64,000 bases of DNA from an uncultured delta proteobacterium. Lineage in GTDB: Bacteria > Desulfobacterota > RBG-13-43-22. Within the stretch, counting starts at the first letter, position 1; each line of letters opens with the position of its first letter. The translations under genes were made by a program, and so were the position numbers. Shown in pieces: positions 1 through 8,606 of the stretch. A model generated the notes under the pieces. The model worked only from the letters and a program-made list of their open reading frames with translations, was not told the DNA's origin and did no database searches. The DNA is taken from NCBI GenBank assembly GCA_963711835.1, contig CAVQFQ010000022.1, positions 15,887 to 79,886 on the forward strand. Direction: 5' to 3'.

Positions 1-339
1 CTCGGAAGCGGCCAGTAGTTCTTCCAGCCATTCAGGAGCGGGAAAGGCGTCATTATTGACTAAGGCCAGCCACTTTCCTTGAGCGATCCGGGCCCCGTGA
101 TTATTGGCCAGGGCGAACCCGCGGTTGGCTGGGAGTTTTTCCAGGTGAATCCCGGGCCATTTTTTCCCCAATAAATCTACCGACCCGTCGCCGGATCCAT
201 TATCCACTACGATGATCTCAAAATCCTGGAAAGTCTGGGCGGATAAGGAGGTCAGGCACCGATCAAGCACCTTGATCCCATTCCAGTTCACAACGACAAC
301 GGAAACGAGGGGGACAGGCGCATAGGGACCTTTGGTCAT
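1..339 (-). CDS. Glycosyltransferase family 2 (N-terminal part; runs off window)
   Basis: Manual translation from ATG at 339: MTKGPYAPVPLVSVVVVNWNG...FEIIVVDNGSGDGS...NRGFALANNHG...LALVNNDA, typical GT2 motifs. Confidence 0.9.
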   Translation of the reverse strand, partial: MTKGPYAPVPLVSVVVVNWNGIKVLDRCLTSLSAQTFQDFEIIVVDNGSGDGSVDLLGKKWPGIHLEKLPANRGFALANNHGARIAQGKWLALVNNDAFPAPEWLEELLAASE

Positions 340-370
340 AGGTTGGGGATTGTAAATCAGGGTTAAAGGG

Positions 371-2806
371 TTAGGTCCGGTTCGCTTCTTTCAGCGGACC
401 TTCCTCTTCCTTTTCCTTTCCGCCCGCCTCCCGGAAGATGGCGTTTAACTCCTTTAATTTGTTTTCTATCAGGAAATTAAGACTGTTTTTAGGATACGAA
501 CCGTCCTTTTTCTTTTTACCCATTTTCTTTCCGGTTAAAATCTCCAGACCCTGCTCCACATGGTTGATCGGAAAGATATGAAACCGGCCTTCCTCTACGG
601 TCTTGACCAGCTCTTTTTTAAGCATCAGGTCCTTCACGTTGCTTTCCGGGATCAAGACCCCCTGCCGGCCGGTCAACCCCTTGGCTTTGCAGACTTCGAA
701 AAAGCCTTCAATCTTTTGGTTTACCCCGCCGATCGGCTGGATATCTCCCTTTTGACTGAGCGATCCGGTGACGGCTATCCCCTGGAAGAGGGGTACTTGG
801 GCCAAGGCGGAGAGAAGGGCCATCAATTCCGCACCCGAGGCGCTGTCTCCATCAACCAGGCCGTAATTCTGTTCGAAGGTCAAACTGGCCGAAAGGCTTA
901 ACGGTTTATCCTGGGCATATTTTCCTTTTAAATAGCCGCTTAAAATCATAACCCCTTTGGTATGGATGTTCCCGCTTAATTTCGCTTCCCGCTCAATATC
1001 GATCACCCCCTCTTTCCCCAGAGAAACATTGGCGGTGATACGGGTAGGACTGCCGAACAGGTAATCGCCTAAGGGATAGACCGAGAGGCCGTTGATTTGG
1101 CCTGTTTTATAGCCTTGGGATTCGATTCGTAACATCCCTAAAGAAATCATTTCTCGGAGTTTCTCCTCATACAAATTGGAGCGAAAGATTTTTTCCTCAA
1201 TGGCCTTTTCAACGTGCTGGGCCATGATGGCCAGAGCCTGCTCCTGCTCTGCCCAATAGCAGGCCTCCTGGATCAAGTCATTTATTTCAGCCAGCTTTAA
1301 AGAGAGCTTAAAATTGCGGCCGGTCAGTTCGGAGCTGTATTCAAGCAGGCGGGCCGCTCCGCTTTTATGGAGCGGCAGCAAATCGCCTTCGCGGCAGCAG
1401 CGACCCATATAATGGAGGTAATCCAGGGGCGGTAAATCCTGCCAGTCCATTTGGTCGTCCAATTGGGCCTTGATTTTGAACATTTTTACGAAATCAGGCT
1501 CATAGAAATAGAGCAATTGATAGAGATAGGGGTCCCCAATCAAAACGATTTTGATCTGTAAGGGAATGGGTTCCGGTTTTAAGGTCTTGGTGCTGATCAG
1601 ACCCAATTGCTCGCCCAGGTCCTCGATCAGGATCTGCTTGTTTTTCAAGGATCGTTTGAGGCCTTCCCAGGAAAAATACCAGCGCAACAAATCCAAGGCC
1701 TTCATGATCAAATAGCCGCCGTTGGCCCGGTGCAGGGAACCGGGTCGAATCATGGTAAAATCGGTAAAGAGCGCCCCGAATTGGGCTTTTCGTTCAATAG
1801 ACCCGAAGAGATTGGGATGGGTGGGATTTGTTTCATAGATCACCGGGGCCCCCTGGGTTTCGGAATGATCCACCAGAACATTTACCTCGTAGCGGGCAAA
1901 GGAGGGTTCCATGGCCGGGATCGGAAAAGGGCTCTGGGGAACCGGTTTGGCCTTAAATTCATCAATATTCAGGATAATATCATCTTTAATCGCCGTTAAA
2001 TAGGTTAAGACCTGAGCAAAGGCATTATATTTTTCCTGCAGTTCCTCAATCAGGTGACCCACGGCATAAAGGGCGATCCGTTTGTCCAATTCCTTCAGTT
2101 TTTTCCTGAGGTCTTTCTCCAGGGTTCGAATTTTCCGAACCACCTGATTCATTTCCACCTGCAGTTGTTCGCTTGTTTCCCGAAGCCGCTTTTTGGTTTC
2201 CTCATCCAGGGACCTCAGGGTCTCCTCATCCATGGGTTGACCCTCTTTGGCCGGCATAATCACCATGCCTACCTGGCTGACATTTAATACAAAGCCTTCT
2301 CGAAGAACTCTTTCTTCCAGAGCGGCCAGGCCTTGCGTTCTTTCCAGGTTGAACTGCTTTAAAATTTCTTCCCGGCGCTGGGCGTAATCTTCGCTTTCAA
2401 AGATATCCGGTATCTCGGTTCGTACTGTGCCGATGAGCTCATCAATATCTTTTTTTAATTCCTTGCCTCGTCCCCGGGGCAAAGCCAGTGCTTTGGGTTG
2501 GTCGGGCTGTTTGAAATTGTTGACATAACACCAGTCCGAAGGCGATTCATTTTTTTGGGCCGCCGCATCAATCAGCGATCGGGTGATATAGGTCATCCCG
2601 GTTTTCGAAGGCCCGGCAACAAAAATATTGTAGTCCAGTCTGCCCGTTATGCCCACACCGAAATCAATCGCCCGGACCGCCCTTTCTTGGGAAATTACTT
2701 TAGCCGGGCCGGTCCCTAATTCAGCGGTCGTTTCAAAACCCAAAGTATCCGGATTACAGGTTCGGCGAAGTTCTTCCGGTTTCAATTCTTTCACAGATGA
2801 CGGCAT
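371..2806 (-). CDS. Lon-like (LonC-type) protease, AAA-like domain with coiled-coil insertion and Lon_C domain
   Basis: VDGDSASGAEL and IGGVNQKIEGFF (Ser-Lys dyad); PGSLHRANGGYL; degenerate Walker A (GPSKTGMT). Confidence 0.9.
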   Translation of the reverse strand: MPSSVKELKPEELRRTCNPDTLGFETTAELGTGPAKVISQERAVRAIDFGVGITGRLDYNIFVAGPSKTGMTYITRSLIDAAAQKNESPSDWCYVNNFKQPDQPKALALPRGRGKELKKDIDELIGTVRTEIPDIFESEDYAQRREEILKQFNLERTQGLAALEERVLREGFVLNVSQVGMVIMPAKEGQPMDEETLRSLDEETKKRLRETSEQLQVEMNQVVRKIRTLEKDLRKKLKELDKRIALYAVGHLIEELQEKYNAFAQVLTYLTAIKDDIILNIDEFKAKPVPQSPFPIPAMEPSFARYEVNVLVDHSETQGAPVIYETNPTHPNLFGSIERKAQFGALFTDFTMIRPGSLHRANGGYLIMKALDLLRWYFSWEGLKRSLKNKQILIEDLGEQLGLISTKTLKPEPIPLQIKIVLIGDPYLYQLLYFYEPDFVKMFKIKAQLDDQMDWQDLPPLDYLHYMGRCCREGDLLPLHKSGAARLLEYSSELTGRNFKLSLKLAEINDLIQEACYWAEQEQALAIMAQHVEKAIEEKIFRSNLYEEKLREMISLGMLRIESQGYKTGQINGLSVYPLGDYLFGSPTRITANVSLGKEGVIDIEREAKLSGNIHTKGVMILSGYLKGKYAQDKPLSLSASLTFEQNYGLVDGDSASGAELMALLSALAQVPLFQGIAVTGSLSQKGDIQPIGGVNQKIEGFFEVCKAKGLTGRQGVLIPESNVKDLMLKKELVKTVEEGRFHIFPINHVEQGLEILTGKKMGKKKKDGSYPKNSLNFLIENKLKELNAIFREAGGKEKEEEGPLKEANRT

Positions 2807-2903
2807 ATGACTCCTCCCTCAGACAGCGTTGGACCTAACTGGTTCCTGTCATAGCACAGGATTCTTTTGCATTTCAAGGGATTCTTAAAAAATAAAATGG
2901 GTT

Positions 2904-3092
2904 GTATCAATTTAGCTTTTTATAAAATTTTCGGCACGGATTTCACGGATGGACACGGCAAGGCAAATTGATTATCCATCAATCACGCCAAAGGCAGGAT
3001 TGATGGCGGAAGCCGGTCTCAAGAAAACGGACGCTCGTTTTCTTGAGAACTGAAAGCAAGATCCGTGTTTATCCGTGAAATCCGTGCCAAAA
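2904..3092. repeat. Palindromic intergenic element, family A, copy 1
   Basis: Ends GGCACGGATTTCACGGAT...ATCCGTGAAATCCGTGCC; left ~47 nt and right ~28 nt shared with 25535-25720. Confidence 0.85.
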
Positions 3093-3234
3093 ACTTTGCT
3101 TTTACAAATTTTCAAACATCTAAAGTGTTACAATGGGTTGCCAGGATCTGTTGAGGTAGGATGGGAAGCAGATAAGGCCGGGTAGGTGAACCCGGATCCG
3201 AGCCGGTCTGATAAAGGGGATTCGAAGCCATAAT

Positions 3235-3269
3235 AAAAAGGGGGATTGGCGAAACCAATCCCCCTTTTT
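3235..3269. terminator. Rho-independent terminator after the 89-aa secreted protein
   Basis: AAAAAGGGGGATTGG-CGAAA-CCAATCCCCCTTTTT. Confidence 0.85.
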
Positions 3270-3285
3270 ATGCACAAAAAAAGAC

Positions 3286-3555
3286 TTACTTCTTTTCAGC
3301 GGGAGCAGCCGGAGCAGCCGGGGCTTCCTCTTTCTTCGGAGCGGCCTTCTTAACCTTCTTCTTAACAGCTGCCTTCTTCTTGGCAACCGGGGCCTTCTCT
3401 TCGGCCTTAGCGGGCTCGGCTTTCACTTCAGCCGGAGCGGTGGCAGCAGGCTTATCCATTTTCTTTTCAGCGGGTTTCTTTTCATCGGCTGCAAAGGCGA
3501 CGGAAACCGTCATGGCAAAAATGGCGGCCAGGGTCCAAACGATAAACTTTTTCAT
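3286..3555 (-). CDS. Small secreted low-complexity Lys/Ala/Pro/Glu-rich protein
   Basis: Signal peptide ending SVAFA; strong RBS AGGAGGTG; terminator downstream. Confidence 0.85.
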   Translation of the reverse strand: MKKFIVWTLAAIFAMTVSVAFAADEKKPAEKKMDKPAATAPAEVKAEPAKAEEKAPVAKKKAAVKKKVKKAAPKKEEAPAAPAAPAEKK

Positions 3556-3635
3556 AGGATTTCACCTCCTTTTAAAGAAATATGGTATCAAAATGCTTCA
3601 AAAGCATATTGAATCAAATTTGTAACTTACCAAGT

Positions 3636-3651
3636 AGCAAAAGAGATGCCA
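3636..3651 (-). promoter_or_regulatory. Sigma54 -24/-12 promoter
   Basis: Minus strand TGGCATCTCTTTTGCT with canonical GG-N10-GC spacing. Confidence 0.75.
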
Positions 3652-3880
3652 AGATAATTAATCTAATTATATATGCATGTTAACAATGACTGGTTGGATA
3701 AGAAGTCCGATTTTAAGATATAGTCAATTCCAATTCTTAGAAAATAGGTGCAATGAACTGGTTAGCTCTTCCAAATACTGGAATAAGCCTCGACCTAAAA
3801 TTAAAGGTTGTCTTCTCCATATTTTTTCTTTAATTAAAAAAGGATGTTATGAAACTGAAACTTTAAGTGAGGAGGGGATT

Positions 3881-4441
3881 ATGATGGTAATCTGGGGAAT
3901 CTTGGTTGTCCTTGGGGCCTTGGCTGTTTTTATAATCGCCATCTATAACAAACTGATCCGTCTTAAAAACACAGTAAAGGCCTCCTGGTCGGATATCGAT
4001 GTGCAACTCAAAAAACGCTATGACTTGGTCCCCAACTTGATTGAAACGGTTAAGGGTTACGCCTCCCACGAAAAAAACATTTTTGAAAAAGTTACGGCAG
4101 CCCGGACCGGAGCCATGCAGGCCTCCTCGCTTTCCCAAAAAGCCCGCGCCGAAAATACCTTTCAGGAAACCTTGAAGAGCCTGTTCGCTGTTGCCGAGGC
4201 CTATCCGGATTTGAAGGCCAGTACGAATTTTGTTCAATTACAGGGGCAGTTGAACGACTTGGAAGAGACTGTTCAAAACGCCCGGAGGTATTATAACGCC
4301 GTGGTCAGGGATTATAACATCCTCATAGAATCATTCCCATCCAACCTGGTTGCTTCCTCCTTTAAATTTGTCCAGGAAGAATTTTTCGAACTGGAAGCCG
4401 CGGAGGTTGAACGACAGCCGGTGAAGGTCAGCTTCCAGTAA
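3881..4441 (+). CDS. lemA: LemA family protein
   Basis: N-terminal TM; WSDIDVQLKKRYDLVPNL, AEAYPDLKA, ARRYYN, FPSN motifs; RBS GAGGAGG before ATG 3881. Confidence 0.93.
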   Translation: MMVIWGILVVLGALAVFIIAIYNKLIRLKNTVKASWSDIDVQLKKRYDLVPNLIETVKGYASHEKNIFEKVTAARTGAMQASSLSQKARAENTFQETLKSLFAVAEAYPDLKASTNFVQLQGQLNDLEETVQNARRYYNAVVRDYNILIESFPSNLVASSFKFVQEEFFELEAAEVERQPVKVSFQ

Positions 4442-4517
4442 AGAATCCGCACCCATAGGGTGGGGATTTCTACGCTCGATTTAACCTAAGCAAAAATAGT
4501 TTAATTTTCCCTTTTGA

Positions 4518-4558
4518 CCTCCTCCCCCTCAGATGGGGGAGGATCGAGGTGGGGGTGG
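4518..4558. repeat. REP-like hairpin
   Basis: CCTCCCCC-TCAGAT-GGGGGAGG followed by GAGGTGGGGGTG; similar hairpin at 53802-53828. Confidence 0.5.
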
Positions 4559-4908
4559 ATTTTCCAGGGACGATTTTTAGAGGCGGCGGGGGTGGAAGAT
4601 GGTAGCCTCCGCTGATAAGCAGCTTCTCATGCTCTTTTGACAGCCTCTCAGATGGTCCTTCGGCTGCCTGGTGCTTCATACTTCAGCATATCGCCATACC
4701 TTTAACTATCTATCATTCTTCATGATTCACATTTCCGGGACCAAAAGATTTTTGCTGCCCTGTCTAACGCACCTATTTTTTCAAGCCCTTCAAATTTTGC
4801 CTGCCCCCAACAATTTTTGTTTCTCAGATATTTCCGGTTGAATGGTAATCTGCTTCCTCATCCTTCTTAACCTGTTAAAAATACATAATAATTTATTTTA
4901 ATATTTTT

Positions 4909-4924
4909 TGGCATTTCTCTTGCA
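4909..4924 (+). promoter_or_regulatory. Sigma54 promoter of pilin gene
   Basis: TGGCATTTCTCTTGCA with correct spacing, preceded by an AT-rich tract. Confidence 0.85.
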
Positions 4925-5059
4925 CAACAGACTGTCAACAGAAAACAATTCAACCCATCAAAGGGGAGGAGGTGACGGTGAGAAAATTTTTAAGGTCCAG
5001 GGTTGTTCCCAATACAGAATTACTAAACTATTTTTACAAAAACAAAAAGGAGAAGAAAA

Positions 5060-5455
5060 ATGATTCAGAAACTGATTAAAAAGAGAAATCAAAAAGGGTT
5101 CACCCTGGTGGAACTCTTAATCGTCATCGCCATTATCGGCATCCTGGCCGCCATCGCCATCCCGCAGTTCAACCAGTATCGTAACCGCGCCCATATGGCT
5201 GCCACCCGTTCTGATGCTAAAAACGCATATACAGCCGTCCAGGCTTGGATTTCAGACAACGTTGGAACGGCTATACCAGGGGATACGAGTACCAGTGGCT
5301 CAGCCTATACGACTTATACCTCCGCCAGAACCAGCCCGGGAGTTACCGTAACGATTGCAGCGACAACCGGAGATGTGACTGCGACGAATACAGCAGTCAC
5401 CGGGTCGTATATAGTTGCCGGAACAGGCCTCATAACGGATACCTTAGCTCCATAG
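5060..5455 (+). CDS. pilA: Type IV major pilin
   Basis: Class III leader [31 protein letters not shown]. Confidence 0.92.
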   Translation: MIQKLIKKRNQKGFTLVELLIVIAIIGILAAIAIPQFNQYRNRAHMAATRSDAKNAYTAVQAWISDNVGTAIPGDTSTSGSAYTTYTSARTSPGVTVTIAATTGDVTATNTAVTGSYIVAGTGLITDTLAP

Positions 5456-5487
5456 TTTCATCTAATTCAATAACTCTAATCTCTCCA

Positions 5488-5518
5488 AGGGGCTGCCTGG
5501 AAAAGCAGCCCTCTTTTT
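5488..5518 (+). terminator. Terminator after pilin (second hairpin at ~5544-5575)
   Basis: GGGCTGC-CTGGAAAA-GCAGCCC followed by TCTTTTT. Confidence 0.75.
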
Positions 5519-5741
5519 ATCACAAAGTATAAATGCACCCTTAAAAAAAGGTCACTCAAAAAAGTGGCCTTTTTTGTTTCAAGTCCTTGGTAAAAATCTG
5601 GGTGGCTGTCCGAGGAAGAAAGGTCCGATTCAGGAATTGGGAGTTCTATTATTTTTTGACACCGGGAAATTATTCAAGGTAAGGTGGTCGGCAAAACGGA
5701 TTGATGAGAGGAATCTTTATCGGTGGATTATTCTGAAGGAC

Positions 5742-5817
5742 TGGTGGGCCGTGGCAGGATCGAACTGCCGACCTACTGATTAAGAGTCAGTTGCTCTACC
5801 TGTTGAGCTAACGGCCC
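5742..5817 (-). tRNA. tRNA-Lys (CTT), copy A
   Basis: GGGCCGTTAGCTCAACAGGTAGAGCAACTGACTCTTAATCAGTAGGTCGGCAGTTCGATCCTGCCACGGCCCACCA. Confidence 0.97.
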
Positions 5818-5872
5818 CCCTGAAAGTATGCCTTCCATATCACACTTTATCCCAAGTGACAAGGGAAAATAG

Positions 5873-6060
5873 TTATTCTTGGGCTGTTTCCTTTAAATCC
5901 TTGAGACGATCAAAGATTCTTTCCATTTTGGTTTTAGGTAGGCCGCCGAAAGCCAGTTCCAGATCCTCATGACTAAAGTGATCCGATAAAAAGCTTCAAA
6001 CAGCCATACGATTCTCCCAGCAATTGACAAAATTCCGGCAGGGCAGGGGGGATTGGGCTT
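5873..6060 (-). pseudogene. 5'-truncated copy of the 8339-8602 gene with an internal stop
   Basis: Same reading frame; TGG changed to TGA; no N-terminus. Confidence 0.88.
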
Positions 6061-6206
6061 ATGGCTTCCGGGGGGCTGAGGCCAATTTGTTGACTTTAAA
6101 AGGGAAGTGGAACGATATTAATAGGGGAGCACATCTCAAATGGGGATGCCCAACTCTATTTTTTTGCAGCCATTCGTAAGGCGGATATTGAAAACTAAGG
6201 AGATTT

Positions 6207-6446
6207 TTAATTTCCGGGGGTTTTTACCTGCCGAAATATCCCTCCAAGTGCACGCAAGGCTTTATTAACTGCCGACGCATTTGGAAAAAGACGGACTACA
6301 TCGGGTTCGAGAACCACAACATTCGTCCCTTGTGCGTAACGAGCTGCCGTACCTCCTCTCTCAGCCTTTGAGAAATCATACTCACTACGCATAGTATCCC
6401 GATCCGGATTCAACCGTGTGGTGTTTTTAGTTTTGGCCTTCTTCAT
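6207..6446 (-). CDS. BrnA-like antitoxin
   Basis: MRSEYDFSKAERG...VVLEPDV...F...SAVNKALR; preceded by a BrnT C-terminal stub. Confidence 0.7.
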   Translation of the reverse strand: MKKAKTKNTTRLNPDRDTMRSEYDFSKAERGGTAARYAQGTNVVVLEPDVVRLFPNASAVNKALRALGGIFRQVKTPGN

Positions 6447-6480
6447 AGGTCCTCCTTTCCTGCCGGGTTGCTACAAATAC
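6427..6480 (-). pseudogene. C-terminal remnant of BrnT toxin
   Basis: Translates VFVATRQERRTYEEGQN*, matching the BrnT end motif ARxATxxERxxYE, and overlaps the antitoxin start. Confidence 0.65.
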
Positions 6481-6776
6481 TAAAAGCTAATATCAAACGG
6501 AGGAAAAGGTTCCGTTCTAATTTTCTGATAGTAATCTTCTTGACCAACGGTACAATCAATCATGCCCTTGAAAATAATTTTTCTCACCCTTAATTGCCGG
6601 GCAATCTTTCCTTCAATATTCGGACTTAAATCATTTCTTTGGTGGGAAACCTTGGTAAGGATCGGGGGAAGATTTGGTAATTGTAATTCATACCAACGAT
6701 GATCTTCACTATGATGTAAGGCTGGCTGAAAGCCAAATTTATTCTGTAATTTAGACTCAACCTCCTTAGGTTTCAA
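6480..6776 (-). CDS. HicA-like toxin candidate
   Basis: 98 aa; KFGF...SEDHRWY...TKVSH...KIARQL pattern; adjacent to a HicB-like gene. Confidence 0.6.
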   Translation of the reverse strand: MKPKEVESKLQNKFGFQPALHHSEDHRWYELQLPNLPPILTKVSHQRNDLSPNIEGKIARQLRVRKIIFKGMIDCTVGQEDYYQKIRTEPFPPFDISF

Positions 6777-6790
6777 GATTATCTCAATCT

Positions 6791-7183
6791 TTATTGATTA
6801 ACTGGCCGAAAGTATTCTTGGATTTTTTTAAGAATTGTTGGGGAGAGGCCGCCTTCTTCACGGGACTTTGCTTCGATGAGTTGATAATAATCAATTAGTG
6901 CTGTAGTATAATCTCTTATTGCCTCTGAACTTGTTTTTCCTTCTCCATAAACTAAAAATAGATTATCACTTAGTATATAATATCCATCATCGTCCTGTTC
7001 GAGAGTAACCAATAATGGCGCGAACACAGCCCATCCCTTTTGTATTATCCAAAGATCAAACTGTAAAGGGGAGCATGAGTAGTCAAAGGTTGGCTTGCTG
7101 TATTGTTTGCTATCAAATGAAAGGTCCCCAAAAAAATACTCATTGCTCGCCGTTCCTTCAGCCGCAACCGCTAAATTGTTCAT
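6791..7183 (-). CDS. HicB-like antitoxin candidate with N-terminal extension
   Basis: VTLEQDDDGYYI...VYGEGKTSSEAIRDY resembles the HicB partial RNase H fold. Confidence 0.6.
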   Translation of the reverse strand: MNNLAVAAEGTASNEYFFGDLSFDSKQYSKPTFDYSCSPLQFDLWIIQKGWAVFAPLLVTLEQDDDGYYILSDNLFLVYGEGKTSSEAIRDYTTALIDYYQLIEAKSREEGGLSPTILKKIQEYFRPVNQ

Positions 7184-7503
7184 TAATTTTCCTCTTTCCC
7201 CTCAACTTTAGAAAGGAATTTTTCGAGATTCTTTTGCATAGTATTAATAAATACTTTCATACGGTTGGGTGTCACAATAATTTGTGAGAAACACTCGGCT
7301 CTTATCGAATCAATTTTTTCTAAGGTGGATTTAATTTCATCAGGAAGTCCAAGGATTATTGGTTGCTTTACTTCGAAAAAGCTTATAATAAACTCCTCGT
7401 CAGTATGTTGGACTACCATGTTTGTAGCGTATTGTCTTTTTAGATCTTCGGGAATGTGCCACTCAATGGGGATTTTGATGTCCTCTTTTTTTTTCACTTC
7501 CAT
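7183..7503 (-). CDS. DUF3467-like protein
   Basis: QYATNMVVQHTDEEFIISFF...IIVTP...MK.F...NLEKF. Confidence 0.7.
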   Translation of the reverse strand: MEVKKKEDIKIPIEWHIPEDLKRQYATNMVVQHTDEEFIISFFEVKQPIILGLPDEIKSTLEKIDSIRAECFSQIIVTPNRMKVFINTMQKNLEKFLSKVEGKEEN

Positions 7504-7615
7504 AACAATTTCTCCCTTCGATTAGGGGACGTTACTTTTTGAATAATTTATATTTTAACTAAGCAATATTAGGGCGAATTTATAAAATGGAAGAAAATTT
7601 ATCATATTTAAATAA

Positions 7616-7951
7616 GTTAAATGACCCCCGGCAAAGCCGGGGGCTTATCTTTGTTAGCCCCCCAAGGGGGCCGTTTCATGAGTCCCATGAAGGGGACATA
7701 CTTCATATTCAGACTTGGGAAGGTGGAGACGCCCATCTTTCTTTGTTTGTTCAGGAGTATATTTCTTAACGATTTTTATTCCTGACCAATGGGCATTTCC
7801 AGAATATTTAAACTCTTAAAAGATTTTTGGTTTAATCTCCGAGTGCAAAATTCAGCGATTTATATTGGTGGTTTTTACTATTCTATTGCCTCACACGGTC
7901 AAACCTTTCGGAGTCCCCCGGCAAAGCCGGGGGTTTACCTGTTAGAAATTA
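7616..7951 (-). mobile_element. Non-autonomous, internally deleted IS200/IS605-type element
   Basis: Identical subterminal hairpins CCCCCGGCTTTGCCGGGGG at both ends; residual frame KIVKKYTPEQTKKD resembles a TnpA C-terminus. Confidence 0.75.
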
Positions 7952-8206
7952 CTATAGTATATCAAATTTTATGTCAATGACTATTTCATGGATTACTCGA
8001 ATCGCAGGGGGCAGTTAAATTGCGAATAACTTCGTCAGAGTCCTTGTGCTTAATTGCCAAAACGATCTTGCTTCGAGTTAATTAAAAGTTTCCCCCATTT
8101 TTTGAGCCGTTCTTTATCTTGAGTTTATAAAAGGGTTAGAAACGAAAAACACCAAAAAAATAAAAGCCAACCTAAGTTGGCCATTTATTTGTTTTTATTT
8201 ATAAAT

Positions 8207-8526
8207 CTGGTGGGCCGTGCCAGGATCGAACTGGCGACCTACTGATTAAGAGTCAGTTGCTCTACCTGTTGAGCTAACGGCCCCCCTGAAAGAAAGCCTT
8301 CCATACCTTACTTTTACTGGGGTGAAAAGAAAAAATAGTTATTCTTGGGCTGTTTCCTTTAATTCCTTGAGGCGGTCAAAAATTCTTTCAAGCTTGGTTT
8401 TGGGTAACCCACCGAAAGCCAGTTCCAGATCCTCATGACTAAATTGATCCGATAAAAAAGTCCAAACAGCCATACGATTCTCCCAGCAATTGACAAAATT
8501 CCGGCAGGGCAGGGGGGATTGGGCTT
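8207..8526. repeat. 320-bp direct repeat, right copy
   Basis: Colinear with 5741-6060. Confidence 0.95.
8208..8283 (-). tRNA. tRNA-Lys (CTT), copy B
   Basis: As copy A except T-stem GCCAG/CTGGC instead of GGCAG/CTGCC; CCA encoded. Confidence 0.97.
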
Positions 8527-8602
8527 GACGGCAGTAGTGGAAGGTCATCATCATCCCCAGGTGAGGGCAATAGATTTCAAGTGGGTCGTATTGTTCAGTC
8601 AT
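8339..8602 (-). CDS. Small Cys-rich hypothetical protein (possible metal binding)
   Basis: YCPHLG...FHYCR...PCRNFVNCW; start ATG 8602 or GTG 8617. Confidence 0.75.
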   Translation of the reverse strand: MTEQYDPLEIYCPHLGMMMTFHYCRQAQSPLPCRNFVNCWENRMAVWTFLSDQFSHEDLELAFGGLPKTKLERIFDRLKELKETAQE

Positions 8603-8606
8603 AATC

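Larger units (their letters stand above)
5741..6060. repeat. 320-bp direct repeat, left copy (tRNA-Lys, spacer, 3' part of upstream gene)
   Basis: Colinear with 8207-8526. Confidence 0.95.

Noticed and set aside
4620-4745. PGNV peptide suggesting a pilR remnant upstream of the pilin
   Set aside because: Four-residue match followed by stops; insufficient
5995-5999. In-frame TGA read as selenocysteine
   Set aside because: It aligns to Trp (TGG) in the intact copy and lies in a 5'-truncated fragment
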